A DNA stretch of 18,778 nucleotides from a virus (Duplodnaviria > Heunggongvirae > Uroviricota > Caudoviricetes): positions 119,217 through 137,994 of IMG/VR virus record IMGVR_UViG_3300047274_000273; one strand, written 5' to 3'. The first letter of the stretch is position 1; each line of letters opens with the position of its first letter. Below, one piece after another: positions 1 through 9,075 of this stretch. The translations under genes and the position numbers were made by a program. Under the pieces are notes generated by a model. The model made no database searches, was not told the origin of the DNA, and worked only from the letters and a program-made list of their open reading frames with translations.

Positions 1-9
1 GATCGCAAC

Positions 10-195
10 ATGGACTATGACCAGGCACAGAATTATTTTCAAGAAGCCTGTGCCTGGGCACAGGATCAGTGTTCTAGTTTTACTTCTTTTTATATTCAGG
101 ATGTTTCTGATGTGTCTTATGAATATGATCAAATCGCACAATATATTTTTGCTGACGAAAAGGATGCACAATGGTTTTCTCTCAAATGGAAATAA
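10..195 (+). CDS. Small hypothetical protein, F-x-L-[KR]-W C-terminal family (may extend upstream of the window)
   Basis: ORF ends AQWFSLKWK; the frame is open to the window edge. Confidence 0.7.
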   Translation: MDYDQAQNYFQEACAWAQDQCSSFTSFYIQDVSDVSYEYDQIAQYIFADEKDAQWFSLKWK

Positions 196-512
196 CTCCT
201 GAAAAGCTCATAGAAGAAATGCGAGGTCTTCGCCGTGTGGTAATCAACACCTGTTACGGAGGATTTAGTCTGAGCAAAAGAGCCATAGACGAATATAAAA
301 GACTAGCAGGAATCACTGATCCCGGCTTTTATGAGTCTGATATCGCACGAGATGATCCTTATCTAGTCAGTGTCGTTAAGAGTTTGGGTATGTCCGCTAA
401 CGGTGCTCATGCCAATCTAAAAATCGTAGAAATACCTAGTGATGTTGACTGGCACATCGGCGACTATGACGGCAATGAATGGGTAGCTGAAAATCATAGA
501 ACATGGTCTTGA
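186..512 (+). CDS. Conserved phage hypothetical protein
   Basis: ATG at 186 overlaps the upstream stop; VINTCYGGFSLS...RDDP...YDG.EWVAE.HRTW resembles a widespread phage protein (recalled, not searched). Confidence 0.8.
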   Translation: MEITPEKLIEEMRGLRRVVINTCYGGFSLSKRAIDEYKRLAGITDPGFYESDIARDDPYLVSVVKSLGMSANGAHANLKIVEIPSDVDWHIGDYDGNEWVAENHRTWS

Positions 513-781
513 AAATTAAAAAACAAACGCTCATCCATCATTGGAGATTCGAAGACGGCAAGACCTGCCCTAATCCGGGTAGTCAGTGGCCGGCAGATCC
601 TCCCCCTCGTGGTTGGTACTGCTGGGTATATCCCGAAGACGATTGCGAGTTCGAAACCTGGATGTTTAATAACTGTCCCACTGCTGAATGCACTCATAGA
701 TTTAACAGCGGAGATCCTATGTACACAGTTTACATCAAAGACTCCCAGGAAGCAGTGATTTTTCAATTGAGGTGGTTGTGA
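503..781 (+). CDS. Hypothetical protein, F-x-L-[KR]-W family
   Basis: 10-nt overlap with the previous gene; ends AVIFQLRWL. Confidence 0.8.
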   Translation: MVLKIKKQTLIHHWRFEDGKTCPNPGSQWPADPPPRGWYCWVYPEDDCEFETWMFNNCPTAECTHRFNSGDPMYTVYIKDSQEAVIFQLRWL

Positions 782-1041
782 AATCTGTTGTTTTATCAGA
801 AGACAGTTGGAAAAAATTACGTCAGCATCTAATCCAGACACAGCCAAAAAGTGTGATGTTAAGCAGGAGTAAGATGCGCGAAGTCTTAGGATTTACCGAT
901 CGCAGACACACGGATTGGAATCCTGATATAGAAAATGATTGGAGTGGGCTGGGTCGGCAGACTATCAAGATATATCTCGATTTCTTCGACGAAAGCAAGA
1001 AAACTTTTTTCCTATTGAAATATAGTGACTGGATTAACTAA
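772..1041 (+). CDS. Hypothetical protein, F-x-L-K-[WY] family
   Basis: GTG start inside the upstream Arg-Trp codons; ends KTFFLLKYSDWIN. Confidence 0.75.
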   Translation: MVVKSVVLSEDSWKKLRQHLIQTQPKSVMLSRSKMREVLGFTDRRHTDWNPDIENDWSGLGRQTIKIYLDFFDESKKTFFLLKYSDWIN

Positions 1042-1291
1042 AGGTTTAAGGGTGGCTAGTGTGAACGAGATCTTGGCAACAAGAGCTCGTGCCACCTTTA
1101 GTCATCGCATAAACTTCGATCAAGTAGGCTACGAAACTCTTCCTAAAATGAAAACATGGTGCGAAGAAAACTGTGAAGGGCTTTGGAGAGCACAAACGAT
1201 ACATGCTCTTTATTGGCAATTCGCTGAAGAAAGAGACGCCATGCTGTTCATGCTCAAATGGGGTGGTGCAGAAGGAAATAAGTTGAAATGA
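1025..1291 (+). CDS. Hypothetical protein, F-x-L-[KR]-W family (start uncertain)
   Basis: WCEEN...F.EERDAMLFMLKW motif. Confidence 0.75.
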   Translation: MTGLTKGLRVASVNEILATRARATFSHRINFDQVGYETLPKMKTWCEENCEGLWRAQTIHALYWQFAEERDAMLFMLKWGGAEGNKLK

Positions 1292-1488
1292 GAGTGATGA
1301 ACAAAAACATTTGGCCCTTTCAAACTCGTATCAAAGGCGACAGTGATGAAGCCTATCGCTGGTGTGAGGAAAAACTCTATCACGGTGGTTACTACGAGCC
1401 TAACTGGTATTTCAACGCTTCGACCAGTACCTGGTGTTTCAAAGACAGCAAAGAGTTTACGATGTTTTGTCTAAGGTGGGCATCGTGA
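1288..1488 (+). CDS. Hypothetical protein, F-x-L-[KR]-W family
   Basis: ATGA overlap; WCEE...FKDSKEFTMFCLRW. Confidence 0.8.
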   Translation: MRVMNKNIWPFQTRIKGDSDEAYRWCEEKLYHGGYYEPNWYFNASTSTWCFKDSKEFTMFCLRWAS

Positions 1489-1880
1489 ACTTACAACCTT
1501 GGCAATCGGAGTTATTGAAGAAAATGACACAATATAAAGGTCGTGGTCTAATACAAATCACAGGACGTAATTCGGGTAAGAGTGCCGTTTCTGCCGCTGC
1601 CCTTCAACGAATGATGAATGATATCCATAGTCGTCCTATAGAAGATATCATACTATCGGAAGGCAAAGTCTACGGTGCTCGTTATTATACAGCAGAACCC
1701 ATTGGTGGTAACTGGTTAGAGATGGAAGCATGGTGCTACGAAACATTCGGCAATGACACACAGCCGATTTGGGGAGAGAGTAAGGCACCGGAGCCAGCAC
1801 AGCGTTGGTATAAGAATGCTCGTAAGTTTTGGTTTCGGAATGAGGCAGACAGAACGATGTTTGTATTAAAATGGCGTTAA
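1485..1880 (+). CDS. Hypothetical protein, F-x-L-[KR]-W family
   Basis: GTG at 1485 forms a GTGA overlap, preferred over the track start at 1434; ends FRNEADRTMFVLKWR. Confidence 0.75.
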   Translation: MNLQPWQSELLKKMTQYKGRGLIQITGRNSGKSAVSAAALQRMMNDIHSRPIEDIILSEGKVYGARYYTAEPIGGNWLEMEAWCYETFGNDTQPIWGESKAPEPAQRWYKNARKFWFRNEADRTMFVLKWR

Positions 1881-2086
1881 ATCATTTAGATATTGGCAGA
1901 GGTTATGTGCTAAACTACGACAGCAAAGACATTCCCTTACCGTCTACTATAAGACAAGAAGTTTGGGATTGGTCTGAAAAACACGGCATAGTGTTAGAAG
2001 GTCACAAGTATGGTGTCGCTGGCATGGACATTTGGCGGATTCGTGACGAGGAACAACGTGTGAGGTTTATATTAAGATGGCTGTAA
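1871..2086 (+). CDS. Hypothetical protein, F-x-L-[KR]-W family
   Basis: 10-nt overlap; ends RVRFILRWL. Confidence 0.75.
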   Translation: MALNHLDIGRGYVLNYDSKDIPLPSTIRQEVWDWSEKHGIVLEGHKYGVAGMDIWRIRDEEQRVRFILRWL

Positions 2087-2475
2087 GAACTCTAAGACGC
2101 AAAGTCATCATCCGCGAGTATGATTTCAATAAAGTTAGAGATCAAGCATTTGCACCTCTGGCTTGTATGGGGATCATAGACAGTCTCTACGACCGGGCGG
2201 AGTTCACTCCTATTAATCAAGATAATCTAGAAAAGCTGAAACTCTTAGAAATACTTAAGAGTAAAACTTCTAAACTATCCGAAGTAGAACTAGATCTAAA
2301 AAGACCTGCTATATTGGTAGCACAGTTACGAGACTATCTTTACAGTGACAGGTATTATCAATGGAGTGTGACTGTAGATGATGACGGTTATATCTGTGTG
2401 CAGGCTCGCAAGAACACCCCCAAGAGTAGACTAGGTTGGGCGGTGTTCGAAAAGGATATAAAATGTCGAATCTAG
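2077..2475 (+). CDS. Hypothetical protein
   Basis: 132-aa ORF coupled to the previous gene by a 10-nt overlap. Confidence 0.75.
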   Translation: MAVRTLRRKVIIREYDFNKVRDQAFAPLACMGIIDSLYDRAEFTPINQDNLEKLKLLEILKSKTSKLSEVELDLKRPAILVAQLRDYLYSDRYYQWSVTVDDDGYICVQARKNTPKSRLGWAVFEKDIKCRI

Positions 2476-2723
2476 AGCAATGGATTGTGGAAGAACTCAG
2501 CAGTCAGATGCAGAGCGAAATAGACAAAGAAATACTCTGGGGTATGCTTGTAGGTTTGGGCTGGACGAGAGTTTTATTGCCGAGGTTTGAGAATCGAGAT
2601 CATGCTCTTGATGTATTGAAATGGGTGGAAGATAATTGTCAGCATCCCTATGAACGTAAGGGTTCAGAATATATCTTTGAAAATAATGTAGATGCTGTGA
2701 ATTTTATCTTAAAATGGAAATAA
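2463..2723 (+). CDS. Hypothetical protein, F-x-L-[KR]-W family
   Basis: AAAGGA Shine-Dalgarno (SD) before ATG 2463; ends FENNVDAVNFILKWK. Confidence 0.8.
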   Translation: MSNLEQWIVEELSSQMQSEIDKEILWGMLVGLGWTRVLLPRFENRDHALDVLKWVEDNCQHPYERKGSEYIFENNVDAVNFILKWK

Positions 2724-2926
2724 CACAAAGAATATATGACGGCTGCGACTGTTATCCCTGGATGGAAGTATTCGCATGGTGGCCTGTGAAAACCGTCAGT
2801 GGAAATTATATCTGGGGCCGTAGAGTTTATAAACGTAAGTTTTGGGTAGTATGGGGTACAGGATTTCATATGGAACCAGAGGTAGAGTATGCCGAGCTTT
2901 TTGATATATTACGAATTGAGGAATAG
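2714..2926 (+). CDS. Hypothetical protein (Trp-rich)
   Basis: 10-nt overlap; contains FAWWPVKT. Confidence 0.7.
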   Translation: MEITQRIYDGCDCYPWMEVFAWWPVKTVSGNYIWGRRVYKRKFWVVWGTGFHMEPEVEYAELFDILRIEE

Positions 2927-2929
2927 ATT

Positions 2930-3331
2930 ATGGGTCGTGTTAAGGAAAGTATCGCCTGGCCTAATGCGACGGATAGAACGTCCCAGGTTGATCAGTATCT
3001 TGCGGACCGGTACTTCGAATGTCACAAAGACAGAATCTATAAGCCCCCGATGACTAAGTACGTGCTAGTGGGAGATAGAGTGGAAGAAGTCAAGACTATT
3101 GTAGTTCATGAATTTTCAATGGGGGATGTCGACGACCCGGATCTCTATGCTGCTCAACCTCTCTATGAATGGGAAAAGAGCGAAATAGGGCAGTGGGTGA
3201 TGAAGAATGCCTGCGATACTCCTACTTGGTATAGAATGGCAGATCAGTTAAGCTATGGATACAGATATCAGATAAGAGCTAAACTAATGGGGCCGGCACT
3301 TACAGAATGGTTGTTGAGATATGGTAAGTGA
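2930..3331 (+). CDS. Hypothetical protein, divergent L-[KR]-[WY] family member
   Basis: GAGG SD upstream; ends ALTEWLLRYGK. Confidence 0.75.
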   Translation: MGRVKESIAWPNATDRTSQVDQYLADRYFECHKDRIYKPPMTKYVLVGDRVEEVKTIVVHEFSMGDVDDPDLYAAQPLYEWEKSEIGQWVMKNACDTPTWYRMADQLSYGYRYQIRAKLMGPALTEWLLRYGK

Positions 3332-3584
3332 TAGTCCAAAATCTTTCTTGAATATGGCTCATAAAAAGATCGGGTCTGTATTGTTGGAAGATAATAAACT
3401 GATGTCTATCCTAGGTTCGTATTTTGTTGTTCGTTTGGAAAACGACGACGACTTCAACGAAAAATTAACTTGGTGTATGGAGCATTGCCAAAACAAGTTC
3501 CGTGATATCAGAGAATCGGATTGCCGAGCATGGTATTTCCAAAGCGAACAGGATGCTTCTATGTTCGCTCTTAAATGGAGTTGA
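3321..3584 (+). CDS. Hypothetical protein, F-x-L-[KR]-W family
   Basis: WCMEH...FQSEQDASMFALKWS. Confidence 0.8.
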   Translation: MVSDSPKSFLNMAHKKIGSVLLEDNKLMSILGSYFVVRLENDDDFNEKLTWCMEHCQNKFRDIRESDCRAWYFQSEQDASMFALKWS

Positions 3585-3609
3585 CTTTCTCACAGTTTGA
3601 TTGTATAAT
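3581..3609 (+). promoter_or_regulatory. sigma70-type promoter
   Basis: TTGACT-17 bp-TATAAT. Confidence 0.75.
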
Positions 3610-3639
3610 GTATTATATTCACTGCTGAGAGAGGTTAAC

Positions 3640-3864
3640 ATGTTATACCAATTGGTGCTTATTACTAATCTAGGTATCGTCACTCCACTGGCCACTTTTG
3701 ATACTCAAGGTAATTGCCTTAGAGAGCAGGCCATGCTGCAAAAAACAGCTCAATATTCTACAGCCTGCTTGCCTACACAAAGCCCCGAGCAACTTCAAAA
3801 ACAACTTGAGTCCAGCATGAAAATGATGATGGATACTCTTAACAAGATACAACAATCCAAATGA
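3640..3864 (+). CDS. Hypothetical protein
   Basis: GAGG SD before ATG 3640; the track start at 3601 lies inside the promoter. Confidence 0.7.
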   Translation: MLYQLVLITNLGIVTPLATFDTQGNCLREQAMLQKTAQYSTACLPTQSPEQLQKQLESSMKMMMDTLNKIQQSK

Positions 3865-4046
3865 ACAAGCGAATCGCTGATCTAATGCGTAGCAAGGGAT
3901 TACATAAAAATATAAGTGAAGACTGTCAACATCGTATGGAGATGTTAGCAGATTTAATCGTATTTGAATGCATAAAACTTGCTGTGTTCAACGGCGATGC
4001 GGCAACTGGTCGAGCCATCAAAGAACATTTCGGAGTTAAAGAATGA
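3861..4046 (+). CDS. Hypothetical protein
   Basis: ATGA overlaps on both sides; ends IKEHFGVKE. Confidence 0.75.
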   Translation: MNKRIADLMRSKGLHKNISEDCQHRMEMLADLIVFECIKLAVFNGDAATGRAIKEHFGVKE

Positions 4047-4447
4047 AAATCGGATTTAGTCTAGGTCGTTGTATTCGAGATATTGTAAACGGAGAAGTTA
4101 GCATAGATGATGTAGCATTTCTTATCACCGCCACGTATGTCAAAACGTCTGAACAATTAGATAATGTTATTAATAACTATATGTTTGAACGAGGATATCT
4201 GCTTGGGCTGGATAATGAAAAATGTCTAGAGGTAGCTAGACAGCTCTGGGATACTAATCGTATTTTACAACCTCGGGCACAAGGTATGCATCGACATGCT
4301 CAACCTGAAAACTCTGTTTGGGTCGATATCTTTCCTACCACAAACAGTGATAGTGAAGGTGTCAAGAAAGCCTGGGATGCCTATAGATTTATGATACATA
4401 TGGTAGAGAACGTAGACATGGAGGCTACGGAAGTGTTTAAAACCTAA
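4043..4447 (+). CDS. Conserved phage hypothetical protein
   Basis: 134-aa ORF starting MKIGFSLGRCIRDIV; ATGA coupling. Confidence 0.8.
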   Translation: MKIGFSLGRCIRDIVNGEVSIDDVAFLITATYVKTSEQLDNVINNYMFERGYLLGLDNEKCLEVARQLWDTNRILQPRAQGMHRHAQPENSVWVDIFPTTNSDSEGVKKAWDAYRFMIHMVENVDMEATEVFKT

Positions 4448-4458
4448 GGAGAGCGTAT

Positions 4459-4647
4459 ATGGAGATAAAATCAGGAAGCAGATGGTGGGCCAGTAATGGC
4501 GAACAGTTTGTGGTGTTAGCAACACCAACTATAGACGGCAATGATTGGGTCTATTACAGGGCTGAAAAACTAAAGAACGAAGAAGTACGAGAATACAGTT
4601 GTTATAAAGAAAGTTTTCTAAGTCGCTTCAGTCCGCTACCAGAATGA
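4459..4647 (+). CDS. Hypothetical protein
   Basis: AAGGAG SD; ATGA overlap with the next gene. Confidence 0.75.
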   Translation: MEIKSGSRWWASNGEQFVVLATPTIDGNDWVYYRAEKLKNEEVREYSCYKESFLSRFSPLPE

Positions 4648-4937
4648 TAAAACTCCGTTTAGAAATCCGCAATCCTTGGAGCAAAGATCGTTTTAAAAAT
4701 TTGGGCTGTGTCTTTGGTAAAATAACCAAACATACAGCCTGGGAATTAGAACATACTTTCTACGACGGTATGCTTGTAGATTTGGATTTTGAATTTACTA
4801 CTAAACAAGATCATGCAGGAATAAGATTTAGCTTGGGCGTTTTTGGCTATGCTGTAGGTTTTTCAATCTACGATACTAGACATTGGGATCAAGAAAACAA
4901 CTGTTGGAAGAAGTACGATGAAAAAAATATTCTATGA
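4644..4937 (+). CDS. Hypothetical protein
   Basis: 97-aa ORF in a coupled series. Confidence 0.7.
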   Translation: MIKLRLEIRNPWSKDRFKNLGCVFGKITKHTAWELEHTFYDGMLVDLDFEFTTKQDHAGIRFSLGVFGYAVGFSIYDTRHWDQENNCWKKYDEKNIL

Positions 4938-5376
4938 AAAAGTCGGTAGAAAGTATGTACCGGTAGCAGAATACGACAGCGACTTCATGGATAGTTTTAC
5001 TAAAGGTAGTCATTTGGTGATGTCTTATCCTGGAGGAACTAGTCGTCGTTTTAACATCAATCCTGCATATGCTCCGATGATCGCTGCCGGCCGTGTCGCT
5101 GAGGACGCTATCTGTCGAGCTATCTCAAAGGCTTCGGAACTACGTCCTCCCAGCACTCCTATCACTGAAAATCAAAAAAAGGCGTGGAATGCTTTGTCCG
5201 AAGCCTTTGGAGATGAAATCAGTACCCTTCGCGGATTGAGTATTCACGACTGTGCAGAAGCAGGCATCAAGGCCATGCAAGAAGAAGCAGATAAACTCAT
5301 GCAGCACGAAAGTGTACGCAGAGCCTACGATCATTTTATGTTAATGTGTGAACTTGCCAAGGAACGAAATGTATAA
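4918..5376 (+). CDS. Conserved phage hypothetical protein
   Basis: 152-aa ORF starting MKKIFYEKVGRKYVPV. Confidence 0.8.
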   Translation: MKKIFYEKVGRKYVPVAEYDSDFMDSFTKGSHLVMSYPGGTSRRFNINPAYAPMIAAGRVAEDAICRAISKASELRPPSTPITENQKKAWNALSEAFGDEISTLRGLSIHDCAEAGIKAMQEEADKLMQHESVRRAYDHFMLMCELAKERNV

Positions 5377-5590
5377 AACAATCTATACCAGCGTCGAAGT
5401 AGATGTTGATCTCTCAGAGTTCGACACAGACGATCTCCTCGAAGAGTTGGAAAGCCGTGGTACAGGCGTTACCGACTTCGGAGACGGAAAAGATATCTTA
5501 TCCGCGATCTATGAAAAACGTCGATTAGGTCAAAATTACCAAACAGATCTTGATCAACTTATTTGGCTAGGACTAGGCAAAATCGTATGA
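5369..5590 (+). CDS. Hypothetical acidic protein
   Basis: AAGGAA SD before ATG 5369; EVDVDLSEFDTDDLLEELE. Confidence 0.7.
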   Translation: MYKTIYTSVEVDVDLSEFDTDDLLEELESRGTGVTDFGDGKDILSAIYEKRRLGQNYQTDLDQLIWLGLGKIV

Positions 5591-5964
5591 TAGAAATTCT
5601 CATATTATTTGCTCTGTTATCGATTAAACATTTCATAGTCGATTTTCCTCTTCAGACAAGATTCCAATATTCGAACAAAGGAATCTATGGTCATCTGGGA
5701 GGAATCACTCATTCATACTTGCACGGACTAGGTACGCTGATCTGTGTCTTTTATTTTGTACCTACTTTATATACTGCGATAATCATTTCGATAATTGATA
5801 TGGTGCTCCATTATCATATCGATTGGGCCAAAGTAAAAATCAACAGCCATTATAAATTGGCACCTACTACTCATGAGCAATTTTGGTGGCTTCTGGGTTT
5901 TGACCAGCTATTACACTATCTTACCTATATCGCTATCATCGGATACATCGCGGGTGTTTTCTAG
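5587..5964 (+). CDS. DUF3307-like membrane protein
   Basis: ATGA overlap at 5587; KHFIVDFPLQ, HSYLHG, HYHIDW.K and DQLLH motifs with hydrophobic helices. Confidence 0.75.
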   Translation: MIEILILFALLSIKHFIVDFPLQTRFQYSNKGIYGHLGGITHSYLHGLGTLICVFYFVPTLYTAIIISIIDMVLHYHIDWAKVKINSHYKLAPTTHEQFWWLLGFDQLLHYLTYIAIIGYIAGVF

Positions 5965-5981
5965 TATAAACTGATGCTATT

Positions 5982-6572
5982 ATGATAAGTAATCATAACC
6001 AGGAACGCACCGTGAAAAAAATCGACGATTTTAACGCTGAAGATAGGGTCAACCTAAAATTACTCGAAAATTCTGTACACTTTCTACAGGGCGAAATAGA
6101 CGAAGAAACTGTTGGAAATTGTATTAAATGGATAACCTACGAGAATTTTGACTCTAGAGAAAAAGTTCTTACTCTATATATTAACTCTATGGGCGGAGAT
6201 CTTTATCAGGCATTCGCTTTGATAGATATCATGAACCAGAGCAACCATCCTATACGTGTGATAGGCATAGGTTCTGTGATGAGTGCGGCCTTCCTTATTT
6301 TTGCCGCAGGCACAAATGGCCAGAGGTATGCAGCTAAAAATACCAGTTTTATGATACATCAGTATTCAGACAATCTCAGTGGTAAACATCACGACCTAAA
6401 AGCGACCATGCGCGATGGTGAATTGTGTAATCAAAAAATGGTTGATATACTACGCACAGCAACAGGCTTAGCCCCGTCAAAAATCAAGAGCAAATTGCTG
6501 CCTGCCAGTGATGTGTACCTTTCTGCAGAAGAAGTAATTGAGTTAGGCATAGCAGATCATATATTTGGATAA
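5982..6572 (+). CDS. clpP: ATP-dependent Clp protease proteolytic subunit
   Basis: LYINSMGG, G.VMSAA (catalytic Ser), FMIHQ (His), SDVYLSAEE (Asp). Confidence 0.92.
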   Translation: MISNHNQERTVKKIDDFNAEDRVNLKLLENSVHFLQGEIDEETVGNCIKWITYENFDSREKVLTLYINSMGGDLYQAFALIDIMNQSNHPIRVIGIGSVMSAAFLIFAAGTNGQRYAAKNTSFMIHQYSDNLSGKHHDLKATMRDGELCNQKMVDILRTATGLAPSKIKSKLLPASDVYLSAEEVIELGIADHIFG

Positions 6573-6575
6573 ATT

Positions 6576-6812
6576 ATGAAAGTTATCAGTATCAATAACG
6601 AAACACAAGATAAACGCAAACAGGATATGCTAGAGGTGATAGACTATGTCAGGGATTTAGTAGAAAAAGGCGAAATCAAAGAATTCGTGGCTGCTAGTAT
6701 GGACGCTGACGGAACCGCGCAAATTCACGTTTCTGCCCTGGATTTACCTGGTAGTATTGGGCTTTTTGAGATAGGAAAACACCTATTAATCGCACAAGAA
6801 TCCGGTATTTGA
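6576..6812 (+). CDS. Hypothetical protein
   Basis: 78-aa ORF directly after clpP. Confidence 0.75.
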   Translation: MKVISINNETQDKRKQDMLEVIDYVRDLVEKGEIKEFVAASMDADGTAQIHVSALDLPGSIGLFEIGKHLLIAQESGI

Positions 6813-6820
6813 AAGTTTCG

Positions 6821-6828
6821 AATAAATA
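6821..6828 (+). promoter_or_regulatory. T4-like late promoter box
   Basis: AATAAATA (T4 late consensus TATAAATA) in the intergenic gap before the ferritin-like pair. Confidence 0.5.
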
Positions 6829-6869
6829 AATATCATAAGCATTCATGCTTTAATTTAGGAGAAATTTTC

Positions 6870-7619
6870 ATGCAGATGACCGGTGAACAATTCGTAGAAG
6901 AACTATGGGAAGAGAACCAAGTTCTTTACAAAGCAAGCCAAATTCAAATCAAGGCTTTCTATGACAGTAACCCCAGCAAGGAAAAACTATACAATAACTT
7001 CGTGCGTAGAATGGTCAACGAGCGTATGAACATGGTTGAAATCGCCAAAGCCATCGCAGCAGCACCATTAGACAAGGATCCAAAAGAACTTGTTTCATTG
7101 GCTAAGCAGATGTTAGACGAAGCCAATCATTATCGTATGGTTTTTGATATCGTTCCTTACGTCAGTGGTTACGATGTTGATCTTGCTACAGCAGTTCCAA
7201 CAGAACTAGCAGATCTAAAGACCAAAGGCGCTCGCGTAGCAGAAAGATATAACTGCGAGAACGATCCAATCGCTCTAGCACTATATCAAGCTATCGTTGA
7301 AGGCCACGCTAGCTGCAACTGGCAAGTTATGGCAGATTCTTTAACTGACCCTGTTCTAAGCACAACATATGCTAAGATCGCAGCAGACGAGAGATTTCAT
7401 GCTAAGTTAGGTAAGACCAGCCTAGCAAAGATGCTAGACACAGAAGAAAAGCAGCAGTATGCTCGTGAACTAGCAAAGAAAATGAGAAAAGATCTTTATG
7501 ACATCAACTGTGGTGGTAACATCGCTATTGAAGAAAGTCGTAAAATGATCCAAGAGTACTACGGTGAAGATTGGATTGCTGGCAAGCATGAGACTGTAGA
7601 ACTAAAAGCAATTTATTAA
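6870..7619 (+). CDS. Ferritin-like diiron-carboxylate protein A
   Basis: AGGAG SD; E...DEANH...E...DERFH ligand pattern. Confidence 0.8.
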   Translation: MQMTGEQFVEELWEENQVLYKASQIQIKAFYDSNPSKEKLYNNFVRRMVNERMNMVEIAKAIAAAPLDKDPKELVSLAKQMLDEANHYRMVFDIVPYVSGYDVDLATAVPTELADLKTKGARVAERYNCENDPIALALYQAIVEGHASCNWQVMADSLTDPVLSTTYAKIAADERFHAKLGKTSLAKMLDTEEKQQYARELAKKMRKDLYDINCGGNIAIEESRKMIQEYYGEDWIAGKHETVELKAIY

Positions 7620-7638
7620 TCATAGAGGAACCATTATT

Positions 7639-8412
7639 ATGATCAAGTATGATACAGCAGAACTAGAAAAGATGGTATCCGATGGCTCTGAGTTTAGCGC
7701 AGATGTAAAAGAGTTTGTTGCTAAAATCGAAGCAGACAGCGAAGCTCTTTTCCAAGCTTCTGAAGCACAAGTAGAAGCATATTACAAGAGTGTTTCTGAC
7801 AAGAAGCAATTGGCCAAGCACTTCCAAGGTCGTATGGTTTGTGAAAGAATGAACCTTATCGAAATCTGCAACACCATCGCTAATGCTCCAGTTGACATGG
7901 ATCCAAAAGAGCTACAGCTTCTAAGCAAGCAGGCTCTAGACGAAGCCAATCACTTCCGTATGGTAAAAGGTGTAGTAGAGTACCTAGGTGGTGAGCCAGT
8001 TGACGTAGAGGCAGCTGTCGAGTTCGAACTAAACAAGAACAAAGACATCAAGGGTGCAAAACTATTAGAGAAGTACAACTGCCAGAATGATGAAATCGCC
8101 CTAGGCGTATATCAACTCCTAGCAGAAGGCCGCGCAGCACGTAACTGGGCTATGATGGCTAAGACTGTTGAAGATCAGTTCATCGCAGAAACATATGCAA
8201 AAATTGCTAAGGATGAAAAATTCCATAGCCAATTAGGTCGTCGTAGACTAATGCAGTTATGCGATACAATTGAAAAGCAACAACACGCTCTAAGTATTGC
8301 TGCTCAGATGCGTTTGGACCTTTTCGACATCAACTGCAAGAACACAGTTGAGTTAGAAAGCAGCCTTCAGTTGATGAAGGATGCCTACGGTTACGAGAAA
8401 ACTACTGCCTAA
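7639..8412 (+). CDS. Ferritin-like diiron-carboxylate protein B (paralog of A)
   Basis: RMVCERMNL, DEANHFRMV, AEG.A..NW and DEKFH align by eye to protein A. Confidence 0.8.
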   Translation: MIKYDTAELEKMVSDGSEFSADVKEFVAKIEADSEALFQASEAQVEAYYKSVSDKKQLAKHFQGRMVCERMNLIEICNTIANAPVDMDPKELQLLSKQALDEANHFRMVKGVVEYLGGEPVDVEAAVEFELNKNKDIKGAKLLEKYNCQNDEIALGVYQLLAEGRAARNWAMMAKTVEDQFIAETYAKIAKDEKFHSQLGRRRLMQLCDTIEKQQHALSIAAQMRLDLFDINCKNTVELESSLQLMKDAYGYEKTTA

Positions 8413-8424
8413 ATAGGATATCGC

Positions 8425-9018
8425 GTGAAAATAGCTATCAGCCAATCTGAATATCACCTCGGAAACAGCGAACTAGCTCATGATTGCTTAACACAGGATT
8501 GGTATAGTTTCGTGGGACACCACGAAATTATACCTGTTCCTAATATCAATAGCGATACTTTCCATAATTTCGATATGTTGATCCTCAGCGGAGGCAATGC
8601 CACTGCTGCGAGATCTCGTACCGAAGCAGGCTTATTTAATTACGCAGTAAAAAATAACATACCAGTGCTAGGTGTATGCCATGGCGCTTTCTTCATCGCA
8701 CAGTTGACCGGTGCCGAAGTCGTAGATATCGAAGGTCACAGAAACGTAGAACACATCGTCAAGCTCGACGGCAGAAACGTCATAGTCAATAGCTTCCACG
8801 GCAGTACCATAACTAAACTAGGCCAAGACTACGATGCCATCGCAGTTGACACTGAAGGTTACATAGAAGGTTTTAAGCACAAAGAAAAACCAATCTGGGG
8901 TCTAATCTGGCATCCAGAACGTCAAGAAGTTCCTATGTTGCCCGAAGACCTAGATAAGCTTCTACAGGTCAATGATAGAATATTCAATCAAAATTTTGAT
9001 TGGATGGACGCTCTATAA
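8425..9018 (+). CDS. Class I glutamine amidotransferase-like / peptidase C26 hydrolase
   Basis: LILSGG, PVLGVCHG (nucleophile Cys), VNSFH, WHPE (His-Glu); GTG start. Confidence 0.85.
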   Translation: MKIAISQSEYHLGNSELAHDCLTQDWYSFVGHHEIIPVPNINSDTFHNFDMLILSGGNATAARSRTEAGLFNYAVKNNIPVLGVCHGAFFIAQLTGAEVVDIEGHRNVEHIVKLDGRNVIVNSFHGSTITKLGQDYDAIAVDTEGYIEGFKHKEKPIWGLIWHPERQEVPMLPEDLDKLLQVNDRIFNQNFDWMDAL

Positions 9019-9044
9019 TTTTTTTTCCTCCTCCTATAATACTT

Positions 9045-9052
9045 CATAAATA
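9045..9052 (+). promoter_or_regulatory. T4-like late promoter box
   Basis: CATAAATA upstream of ORF 9076. Confidence 0.45.
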
Positions 9053-9075
9053 CTTGCCTAACTAAAAGGTATCGT

